A stretch of DNA of 64,000 nt from Candidatus Omnitrophota bacterium (GTDB lineage Bacteria; Omnitrophota; Gorgyraeia; Gygaellales; Profunditerraquicolaceae), in contig JAUSED010000008.1 in the NCBI GenBank assembly GCA_030650425.1, forward strand, positions 196,554-260,553. The letters are read 5' to 3'. The notes below the pieces were generated by a model. It made no database searches. It saw nothing but the letters and a program-made list of their open reading frames with translations, and had not been told where the DNA came from. Positions 1 through 7,121 of this stretch are shown here, one piece after another. Position 1 is the stretch's first letter; each line of letters begins with the position of its first letter. Both the position numbers and the translations under genes were made by a program.

Positions 1-750
1 GGCCTTTACGACTTGATGAATGGAATCGGGGCGCACGAGATTATCGTCGAAACTAACCAACATATCGCCAATATGAGCGATCTAAGCAGTGACCAGATAG
101 CTAAGGTCTTAAGATGTTACTCAGACAGGATCATTGATTTGGAAAAAGATAAGCGTTTCAAGTACGCTTTGGTTTTTAAGAATTACGGTAAGAGCGCGGG
201 AGGAAGTTCGTTAAAGCATTCGCGCTCACAGTTGATTGCCACTCCGGTAAATCCCAAACGCGTAAAAGAAGAGCTTACCGGCGCAAAACAATATTTTGAT
301 TATCACGAAAGATGTATATTTTGCGATTTAATCAGGCAGGAAATAGAGCAGAAGGATCGGATCGTCCTGGATTTGGATGGTTTTATCGCGATTGCTCCTT
401 TTGCGGCGCGTTTTCCTTTTGAGACCTGGATATTACCTAAAAAGCACTGCGCTGATTTTACCTGCCAGGATTCTGAATCCCTAAGAAACCTGGCCAAAGT
501 AATGAAGATCGTCCTTTCTAAGCTTAAGAAAGGGCTAAGTGATCCGCCCTATAATTATATGATTCATACCGCGCCTTTTCGCAGGCAAAAGGCTGGTTAC
601 TGGAAAACTGTAGAGCAGGATTATCATTGGCATATTGAAATCATGCCGCGCTTAACGCGCGTCGCGGGTTTTGAGTGGGGAACAGGTTTTTATATTTGCC
701 CTTTACCTCCGGAAGATGCCGCCAGTTTTTTAAGAGGAGTGGAAGTCTAA
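1..750 (+). CDS. galT: GalT-family (galactose-1-phosphate uridylyltransferase-like) protein, 5'-partial; catalytic HxH motif altered to HSR
   Basis: Frame is open from position 1 (GLYDLMNGIGAHEIIVE). Contains RCIFCD and YHWHIEIMPRL..AGFEWGTG. Motif reads SLKHSRSQ instead of HPHSQ. Confidence 0.85.
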   Translation, partial: GLYDLMNGIGAHEIIVETNQHIANMSDLSSDQIAKVLRCYSDRIIDLEKDKRFKYALVFKNYGKSAGGSSLKHSRSQLIATPVNPKRVKEELTGAKQYFDYHERCIFCDLIRQEIEQKDRIVLDLDGFIAIAPFAARFPFETWILPKKHCADFTCQDSESLRNLAKVMKIVLSKLKKGLSDPPYNYMIHTAPFRRQKAGYWKTVEQDYHWHIEIMPRLTRVAGFEWGTGFYICPLPPEDAASFLRGVEV

Positions 751-751
751 T

Positions 752-1753
752 ATGGCTGAATTAAGAAGAGACCCTATCGTAGGCAGGTGGGTAATCGTGG
801 ATACGGATCACCCGAGCGCTCCCAAAGATTTTCAATATGAACAGTATATTCAAAAAGGAGGGGCTTGTCCATTTTGTTACGGCAGTGAAACGTTGACCCC
901 TCCGGAGATAGATAGTTTTCGCGAGCCGGGGACCGCGGCTAATACTTCCGGTTGGCAGGTGCGCGTGGTCCCTAATAAATTTCCGGCGCTCCAAGTCGAA
1001 GGCGAATTGAACAGAAGGCCGCTTGGCCTTTATGATATGTCTAACGGCGTTGGCGCCCATGAGGTTCTTATCGAGACACCGTATCACGCCAAGGATATCT
1101 GCGATTTATTGCCGCTTGAAATTGAGAATTATTTGAAGATGTGTTGCCGCCGCGCGCAAGATCTGGCGAAAGACAAGCGTTTCAAATATCTTATGTTTTT
1201 CCGGAATTTTGGTTCGGCCGCGGGCGCGTCATTGGAACATCCGCATACTCAGATTGTCGCGCTTCCGATGGTTCCTAAGAACGCGTTGGAAGAAATACAT
1301 GGAGCCAAGAATTATTTTGATTACCGCGAGCGCTGCATCTTCTGCGACATCATTAGGCAGGAGACACAGGAGAAGGAAAGGATAATCTTAGAGAATAAAT
1401 ACTTTTTGTCATTTTGCCCTTTTGTTTCGCGTTTTCCGTTTGAGATTTGGATCATACCCAAAAAGCATAGCGGGCATTTTTGTCATATGCCGGCTGAAGA
1501 AATAACCGCCCTCTCCGAAGTCTTAAAAGAAACCATAGGTAAAATCAAGAAAGTATTCATTAATTTGTCTTATAACTATATCATTCATTCCGCGCCAATC
1601 AATGGTGATGGCGACGGTGAGTATTATCACTGGCATATCGAATTTATGCCCAAGCTTACCCAAGTGGCAGGTTTTGAATGGGGCACGGGTTTCTATATTG
1701 ACCCCACCTCTCCGGAATTAGCCGCGCAGTATTTAAAAGCAATAAAAGAATAA
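752..1753 (+). CDS. galT: Galactose-1-phosphate uridylyltransferase (second tandem paralog, intact motif)
   Basis: ELRRDP N-terminus, CPFC, VVPNKFPAL, GASLEHPHTQ, RCIFCD, YHWHIE. Confidence 0.9.
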   Translation: MAELRRDPIVGRWVIVDTDHPSAPKDFQYEQYIQKGGACPFCYGSETLTPPEIDSFREPGTAANTSGWQVRVVPNKFPALQVEGELNRRPLGLYDMSNGVGAHEVLIETPYHAKDICDLLPLEIENYLKMCCRRAQDLAKDKRFKYLMFFRNFGSAAGASLEHPHTQIVALPMVPKNALEEIHGAKNYFDYRERCIFCDIIRQETQEKERIILENKYFLSFCPFVSRFPFEIWIIPKKHSGHFCHMPAEEITALSEVLKETIGKIKKVFINLSYNYIIHSAPINGDGDGEYYHWHIEFMPKLTQVAGFEWGTGFYIDPTSPELAAQYLKAIKE

Positions 1754-1789
1754 AACTCAAAAACATATTAATTAAAAGGAGGAAGTAAA

Positions 1790-2842
1790 ATGGCTGTGAA
1801 AGTTGGTATCAACGGATTTGGAAGAATAGGGCGCCTTGTTGCCCGAGCGATCCTCGAAAAAAATTCTAAAAATCTTGAATTAGTCGCGGTTAATGATTTA
1901 ACCGACGCCAAATCAAACGCCTTATTATTAAAGTATGATTCGGTGCATGGAAGGTTTTGCGGGGAGGTAAAGGCTGTTGGAGATAGCGTCATTTCGGTTA
2001 ACGGCAAAGAGATCAAGGTCTTAAGCAAAAGAGACCCTTCGGAATTACCCTGGAAAGATTTAGGGGTAGAGATTGTAGTTGAGTCAACCGGTTTATTCAC
2101 CGTTAAGAAAGATGGCGTGAATAAGAAAGGTAAAGAAGTCAAGGGCGCGGAAAACCATATTACCAAAGGCGGAGCGAAAAAAGTAGTTATTTCTGCTCCG
2201 GCTGAAGGTGAGGATATCACGGTGGTTATGGGCGTTAATGAGGAGAAGTATGACCCGAAAAGCCATTTTGTATTATCCAATGCTTCTTGCACCACGAATT
2301 GCCTGGCCCCCATAGCTAAGGTATTGAATGATCAGTGGGGGATTGTTAAAGGCCTGATGACCACCATTCATTCTTATACTAATGATCAAAGATTACAGGA
2401 TATGGCGCATTCTGATCCCCGCCGTTCCCGCGCAGCCGCTCTCTCGATGATTCCGACTTCCACCGGAGCAGCTAAAGCAATATCGCTGGTGATCCCCGAA
2501 TTAAAAGGAAAACTCGATGGTTTCGCCATACGTGTTCCTACGCCTAATGTTTCGGTCGTAGATTTGACTTGTTTATTAGCCAGGAAAACTAGCGTCCAAG
2601 AGGTCAATGCGGCAATGAAAGAGGCTTCCGAAGGAAAAATGCAAGGTATACTTGGGTATACTGAGGATCCGGTTGTTTCAGTTGATTTTAACCACTGCGT
2701 TTTAAGCTCTATTGTTGATGCGATGAGCACTAAAGTCATTCAGGACGATTTCGTGAAGGTGCTTTCATGGTATGACAATGAATGGGGTTATTCCAATAGA
2801 GTAGTGGATCTTTGCGAATATATCGTTAAAAAAGGGTTATAA
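1790..2842 (+). CDS. gap: Type I glyceraldehyde-3-phosphate dehydrogenase
   Basis: GINGFGRIGR, ASCTTNCLAP, SWYDNEWGYS; strong SD aaggagg upstream. Confidence 0.98.
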   Translation: MAVKVGINGFGRIGRLVARAILEKNSKNLELVAVNDLTDAKSNALLLKYDSVHGRFCGEVKAVGDSVISVNGKEIKVLSKRDPSELPWKDLGVEIVVESTGLFTVKKDGVNKKGKEVKGAENHITKGGAKKVVISAPAEGEDITVVMGVNEEKYDPKSHFVLSNASCTTNCLAPIAKVLNDQWGIVKGLMTTIHSYTNDQRLQDMAHSDPRRSRAAALSMIPTSTGAAKAISLVIPELKGKLDGFAIRVPTPNVSVVDLTCLLARKTSVQEVNAAMKEASEGKMQGILGYTEDPVVSVDFNHCVLSSIVDAMSTKVIQDDFVKVLSWYDNEWGYSNRVVDLCEYIVKKGL

Positions 2843-2874
2843 GGTATTTTGAGTTTTTATGATATAATAAATCC

Positions 2875-3501
2875 ATGACCGATCTGGATTTTGTCCAAAA
2901 ATGCGCCAACGGGGACAGCCAGTCATGGGATGAATTCTTAAAACGTTATTCCCGCCTGATATATAAATATATCCGCAGCGTATTAAGCTCAAAAAGCAGC
3001 CTTTCCTTTATTCAGGATCACGCGGATGACCTGTTTCAGGAACTCTTCACCTCTTTAATTCAAGACGATTATAGGAAATTAAGAAGTTTTAAAGGAAAAA
3101 ATAGCTGCAGCTTGGCTAGTTGGTTAAGGCAGGTTGCTGTAAACTTTACCTTGGATTATTTGCGTAAAAGCAGGCCGATGCTTTCGCTTGACGCGGAGAA
3201 CGAGGAAGGTTCAACCCTGAAAGACGTATTAACCGACGGTTCTTTCTCTATTCCTGAATTGCTCAATCAGGAAGAGATGCTTAAAAGTTTAGAGGAATGC
3301 GTTGGAGAATTAAATAATAAAAGTAAGCTGGTTATAGAATTGAATATCAATCAGGGTTTAAGGCTCGAATTCTTAAAAGACTTATTCAGGGTTTCGCGGC
3401 CTGCCATTGATATGCAAAAATCCAGAATTATGGATAAGCTAAGAGAGTGTTTTAGAAGTAAAGGATTTAAGTTAGATTTCCAGGGGGAATACGTCTATTA
3501 G
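2875..3501 (+). CDS. ECF-family RNA polymerase sigma factor
   Basis: Region 2 motifs (W.EF..RY..LIY, ADDLFQE, SLASWLRQVAVNFTLDYLRK) plus a C-terminal region 4-like helix-turn-helix. Confidence 0.88.
   Translation: MTDLDFVQKCANGDSQSWDEFLKRYSRLIYKYIRSVLSSKSSLSFIQDHADDLFQELFTSLIQDDYRKLRSFKGKNSCSLASWLRQVAVNFTLDYLRKSRPMLSLDAENEEGSTLKDVLTDGSFSIPELLNQEEMLKSLEECVGELNNKSKLVIELNINQGLRLEFLKDLFRVSRPAIDMQKSRIMDKLRECFRSKGFKLDFQGEYVY
3471..3499 (+). promoter_or_regulatory. Putative ECF-sigma promoter GTTAGATTT-N10-TACGTCTATT (copy 1), upstream of the anti-sigma/CHAT genes
   Basis: Identical boxes and identical spacing recur at 7075-7103. CGTC/GTCTA is a typical ECF -10 core. Followed by an SD and the ATG at 3521. 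Confidence 0.7.
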
Positions 3502-3520
3502 ATTAGGAAGGGGTATTGAT

Positions 3521-4222
3521 ATGGATGATAAATTTGAGGGTTTGGTTAAGGTGGTTTACCAAAGGTGGCAGAAACATGCCATGCCCGAAGGTGATCATCT
3601 TAGTGAAGAGATTATGGCCTGTTTCGCTGATGGCCGTCTCTCCGCGGAAGAAAGCGAGCCGATAATGGCGCATTTAGCTGTTTGTGAAGCTTGCGCGGAA
3701 AACTTAGCCCTAAGTTTAAGCGCTGAATCAGCTGAATTAAAAGATCTGCCTGTGGAACTGCTTGATAAAGTGAGGGAAATATTAAGCTTAAAGGGAAAAT
3801 CCTTGAGCTTGGAAATATTTTTACGGTTAAAAGAAAATATATTGGAAATAATCAATGTTAGCGGAGATATCCTTTTGGGGCAGGAGTTGGTCCCGGCGTC
3901 GATATTACGCGGCCGTAATATTAAAGAGTTTAAGGATGAAGTCACCATACTCAAAGATTTTAAGGATATTAGGCTGGAAGTAAGGGTGGAGAATAAGCAG
4001 GAAAAATATTTTAATCTTACGCTCAAGGCAAAACAAAAAATAAGCTTGCGGCCGTTTAAAGATTTACGGATAACCCTGATTAAGGAAGGGGTAGAATTGG
4101 AATCCTATTTAAGCGATTTTGGATCAGTTATTTTCGAGCATGTTCTATTGGGTAAATACAGCCTGGAGGTTAGCGGCGTAAGTGGAAAACTTGCTTCGGT
4201 AGTTTTAGATATTAGGGCCTAA
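3521..4222 (+). CDS. Zinc-finger (zf-HC2/ZAS) anti-sigma factor, soluble, with C-terminal beta-rich domain
   Basis: H-L-S-E-E...DGRLS..E...HLAVCEAC (HxxxCxxC); directly downstream of the ECF sigma; no obvious TM helix. Confidence 0.82.
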   Translation: MDDKFEGLVKVVYQRWQKHAMPEGDHLSEEIMACFADGRLSAEESEPIMAHLAVCEACAENLALSLSAESAELKDLPVELLDKVREILSLKGKSLSLEIFLRLKENILEIINVSGDILLGQELVPASILRGRNIKEFKDEVTILKDFKDIRLEVRVENKQEKYFNLTLKAKQKISLRPFKDLRITLIKEGVELESYLSDFGSVIFEHVLLGKYSLEVSGVSGKLASVVLDIRA

Positions 4223-4232
4223 TGCTAAATCA

Positions 4233-6431
4233 ATGCTGGAAGAAAAAACTTATGTTTTAGAGATTACCCGGCAGCCGGATTTACTGAAGATGAGTCTTTT
4301 CGAGCCAAAAGACGCTGCCTCGACTTTAAAGCAATATAGCCAGCACAGGGTTGATTTTAGAGAGATTGAAAAGCTGGCGCAAGAAATTACCATAAGTTTA
4401 AATAAATCTGCTTCTCAAGAACCCGCGTTGGTCAGGAACCTGCAAAAAACAGGGCAAGCGCTTTGGGATCACATCTTAAGCCGTCCGGTTAAGGAGAAAT
4501 TAAAGCTTGCGCAAGGCGCCAGGCTTATTTTGACAATTGACGAAGAGTTGATTAATATTCCCTGGGAGCTTCTTTACGACGGGGTTAATTTTTTGTGTCT
4601 GAAGTTTAGCCTGGGCAGGCTAGTCAGGACAAAAAGCCTTGGAGCCAGCGTGCAATACCGCGCCCATACACATAACTTCAAAATGTTGGTTTTGGCCAAT
4701 CCCACCAATGATTTGAAATACGCTTACCAAGAAGGAGTGAATATCAAAAACCAGTTTGACCGCAGGCATACCTCAATCCATGTTGATTTTAAATCTACCA
4801 GCATAGACAGGATATATGTAAAGAAAAATATCAGCGACTACGATATTATTCATTTTGCCGGTCACTGCGCCTATGACCAGCTTGACCAAAAAAATAGCGG
4901 GTGGGTCCTAAGCGACGGTAATTTTAGTATCCAGGATATCTTGAGCCTGGGGCAGGGAGCGGCTTTACCGGCATTGATTTTTTCGAACGCCTGCCATTCC
5001 GCCCAAAATAACTTAAGCGGATTTCTTGAAGCGGATTATCAGAAGAAGAATTATTCCCTGGCGCAGGCTTTTTTGTTCTCCGGGGTAAGGCATTATATCG
5101 GTTCTATCCGTAAAATAGAAGATTCCGCGAGTTTGGCCTTTGCCAAGGATTTCTATCATCATTTAATCTTTGGAAAATCCGTGGGTGAGGGCCTTCGTTT
5201 GAGCCGGGTTAAATTAGTTAAGGATTATGGAATTATCGCCTTGCATTGGACGAACTATCTGCTTTATGGCGATCCTAGCTTTGTCTTATTTAAGCCCAAA
5301 GATAAAATATCAAAACAAAAAAGCGGGATAAAGTTAAGGCCGAGAAAGGGATGGCTGGTTAGTTTTTTAGTTGCGGCAGCGCTTCTTGGTTTATTTTTAT
5401 ATCTGCGCGTATTTTTGCCTACGCTTAATCCGAGCGCCTATCATTTATTTTTAAGGTCCCAAAGATCGTTCGCTCAAGGTAATAATCAAGAGGTTATCCG
5501 CTTGAGCCGGGAGATTATCAAAAAAGACGCGAATTTTGTGGATAGCTACAAGTTACTCGCAGATGCTTATCGCAGGCTGGGAGATAAAGATAATGCCCTG
5601 AAATATTATTTTGACTATACGCTTCTGGCGGAGAAGAGGCGTGATTTTAAACGTTTGAGCGGCGCTTATAGTGAAATAGGCTGGTTTTATCAATCGGAAG
5701 GAGAATACCCTAAGTCATTGGAATTTTATCATAAGGCGCTTGGGCTGGCCCGCAAGCATAAAGATAAATTGAATGAAGCGATAGCCCTGCGCAGGCTGGC
5801 TGTCTGGCATATCGATAAAGAGGAATACGCTTTAGCGCTGGAGCTTTTGACCAAGAGCTCGGAGATTAACCGTGAGAGAAAATTTCTCTATGAGCACCGC
5901 TACAATCTGGCTTGCGATTATTTTGATATCGGCCTGCTTTTCAGTAACAAGGATGATTTTAGCACAGCAGAAGAGTTTTACCGGAAGAGCCTGATGATTT
6001 TTGAAAAGTTGAAAGTGAAGAATGAATTAAGCGATTATTATTTTAATTTGGGAGAATTGTATCTATTCGAAAAACAGTATCAGAAGGCGCTGGATTATTA
6101 CTCGCTTGGCCTTAAACTGGACCAGGCGCAGGGGAATAAGTTAAGCCTGGCTTCCGATTATAATATGCTTGGCGAACTGTATCTGGAGATGGAGAAGTTT
6201 CCGGAAGCCGAGCATGCCTTTGAACAGGCTGTCGGCCTGGCTAAAGAGATCCGCTCACAGCCGGAGCTGGCAGCGGCGTATCATAATTTAGGCTTGTTAT
6301 ACAAAAAACTGGGAAAGAAGAATAAAGCCAAAGAATATCTGCGCCTCGCGCAAGAAATCTACGGTTCCCTGGACCCCTTAGCTTATCAAGAGGTGAAGTC
6401 CGAGATTTTAGGGTTAAATAATCCGCCTTAG
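4233..6431 (+). CDS. CHAT (caspase-like) protease - single TM helix - TPR repeat protein
   Basis: IPWELL, DIIHFAGH (catalytic His), FSNACHS (catalytic Cys), W..YLLYGDP; basic stretch followed by hydrophobic WLVSFLVAAALLGLFLYL; multiple TPRs (AYSEIG, YYFNLGELY, YNMLGELY, AYHNLGLLY). Confidence 0.9.
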   Translation: MLEEKTYVLEITRQPDLLKMSLFEPKDAASTLKQYSQHRVDFREIEKLAQEITISLNKSASQEPALVRNLQKTGQALWDHILSRPVKEKLKLAQGARLILTIDEELINIPWELLYDGVNFLCLKFSLGRLVRTKSLGASVQYRAHTHNFKMLVLANPTNDLKYAYQEGVNIKNQFDRRHTSIHVDFKSTSIDRIYVKKNISDYDIIHFAGHCAYDQLDQKNSGWVLSDGNFSIQDILSLGQGAALPALIFSNACHSAQNNLSGFLEADYQKKNYSLAQAFLFSGVRHYIGSIRKIEDSASLAFAKDFYHHLIFGKSVGEGLRLSRVKLVKDYGIIALHWTNYLLYGDPSFVLFKPKDKISKQKSGIKLRPRKGWLVSFLVAAALLGLFLYLRVFLPTLNPSAYHLFLRSQRSFAQGNNQEVIRLSREIIKKDANFVDSYKLLADAYRRLGDKDNALKYYFDYTLLAEKRRDFKRLSGAYSEIGWFYQSEGEYPKSLEFYHKALGLARKHKDKLNEAIALRRLAVWHIDKEEYALALELLTKSSEINRERKFLYEHRYNLACDYFDIGLLFSNKDDFSTAEEFYRKSLMIFEKLKVKNELSDYYFNLGELYLFEKQYQKALDYYSLGLKLDQAQGNKLSLASDYNMLGELYLEMEKFPEAEHAFEQAVGLAKEIRSQPELAAAYHNLGLLYKKLGKKNKAKEYLRLAQEIYGSLDPLAYQEVKSEILGLNNPP

Positions 6432-6446
6432 CGGGCTCGAAAACAT

Positions 6447-6540
6447 GGGACCGCTTCCATTCCTCTAGGGGACACTTTCCAACAGCCAGTAAACGCGTGT
6501 AGGAAAGTGTCCCCTGAGCGAAAAGAATAGAAACGGTCCC
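6447..6540. repeat. Nested inverted repeat (REP/MITE-like or terminator hairpin)
   Basis: Outer arms GGGACCG...CGGTCCC; inner arms AGGGGACACTTTCC (6467-6480) and GGAAAGTGTCCCCT (6502-6515). Confidence 0.7.
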
Positions 6541-6570
6541 TTGATTTTAATAAAAAATATGTTACACTTC
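6541..6570 (+). promoter_or_regulatory. Sigma70-type promoter with extended -10, upstream of riboswitch 1
   Basis: TTGATT-N16-TACACT with TGn extension; the core AAAAATATGTTAYAYT recurs at 6940 and at 21474 (minus strand). Confidence 0.6.
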
Positions 6571-6608
6571 CCTTGTAAGTGATCTTTTGATAATTTTGGT
6601 TGTACCTA

Positions 6609-6696
6609 GTGAAAAGGCAAACTAGCAGTAATGCTGGGGCGCAAAGCTTCCGGCCCCACCCAGAACTTGGGTGTGGGGTAGCGGGGTTGCCAAAAG
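6609..6696 (+). ncRNA. c-di-GMP-I (GEMM) riboswitch
   Basis: AAAGGCAAAC-TAGCA-GTAA-TGCTG-GGGCGCAAAGC-TTCCGGCC...GGTAGCGGGGTTGCC matches the GEMM consensus (P2 with GNRA loop, GCAAAG, 3' GGGGTTRCC). Confidence 0.88.
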
Positions 6697-6747
6697 GATG
6701 AAACCCTAAAAAGCAAAAGCCCTGGCATTAAGAAGAAGGAGGCTAAG

Positions 6748-6852
6748 ATGAGACGGACACATCGTAAGGTAATGCGCAGGGCAAAGAGGCACCATAGAAA
6801 ACAACCGAGTTTTATCCAAGCGATTAGGCTCTATTTAGGTATGCCCGCTTAG
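6748..6852 (+). CDS. Unannotated 34-aa Arg/Lys/His-rich peptide MRRTHRKVMRRAKRHHRKQPSFIQAIRLYLGMPA
   Basis: Strong SD AAGGAGG at 6736-6742; lies between the riboswitch and an intrinsic terminator; below the ORF-track size cutoff. Confidence 0.65.
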   Translation: MRRTHRKVMRRAKRHHRKQPSFIQAIRLYLGMPA

Positions 6853-6860
6853 GGGATGAG

Positions 6861-6915
6861 GAAGAAAAGGTGACAGTCATGAAGCGCGTGACGGTCACCT
6901 TTTCTTCCCTTTTTT
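6861..6915 (+). terminator. Intrinsic terminator after the 34-aa ORF
   Basis: GAAGAAAAGGTGAC...GTCACCTTTTCTTC stem followed by a T-run. Confidence 0.75.
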
Positions 6916-6927
6916 CCGGACTAGGGC

Positions 6928-6957
6928 TTGAAGATTGTAAAAAATATGTTATACTTC
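6928..6957 (+). promoter_or_regulatory. Sigma70-type promoter, near-duplicate of the 6541 promoter
   Basis: TTGAAG-N16-TATACT; TAAAAAATATGTTATACTTC versus TAAAAAATATGTTACACTTC at 6551. Confidence 0.55.
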
Positions 6958-7045
6958 AATTAGGCAAGGGGCAAACTACCAGCGGGCAGGCAATGCCCGG
7001 GAGAAAACAAACAAAAAATAAATTTCCCCTTGCCCGTTTTATTTT

Positions 7046-7074
7046 CCCCGCATAAAAATGCGGGGATTTTTTTT
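7046..7074 (+). terminator. Intrinsic terminator
   Basis: TCCCCGCAT-AAAA-ATGCGGGGA followed by T8. Confidence 0.8.
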
Positions 7075-7103
7075 GTTAGATTTTTACCACTCTTACGTCT
7101 ATT
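7075..7103 (+). promoter_or_regulatory. Putative ECF-sigma promoter GTTAGATTT-N10-TACGTCTATT (copy 2)
   Basis: Same boxes and spacing as 3471-3499. Starts immediately after a terminator and precedes SD AGGAGG and the ATG at 7122. Confidence 0.7.
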
Positions 7104-7121
7104 TAAGTAGGAGGTGGTAAA

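Noticed and set aside
2875-6431. Type III-E CRISPR accessory module (Csx29/Csx30/sigma)
   Set aside because: No cas genes or repeat-spacer array in the window, and the domain order is CHAT-TM-TPR with a zinc-finger anti-sigma. Analogous logic only.
6600-6609. TTGTACCTAG, a partial reverse match to the four-copy operator
   Set aside because: Only part of the palindrome is present and it is not adjacent to a -35 box; probably chance.
6609-6625. c-AMP-GMP-sensing (GEMM-Ib) variant riboswitches
   Set aside because: Both aptamers have G at the specificity position preceding GCAAAC (AAAGGCAAAC), consistent with c-di-GMP.
6748-6852. Ribosomal protein bL34/bS22 or a type I toxin as the identity of the 34-aa peptide
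   Set aside because: It lacks the bL34 KRT(F/Y)QP and HGF motifs and has no long hydrophobic helix; identity left open.
6870-7055. 61-aa ORF in the ORF track
   Set aside because: It runs through a terminator, a promoter and a structured RNA region, has no SD and shows no protein-like features.
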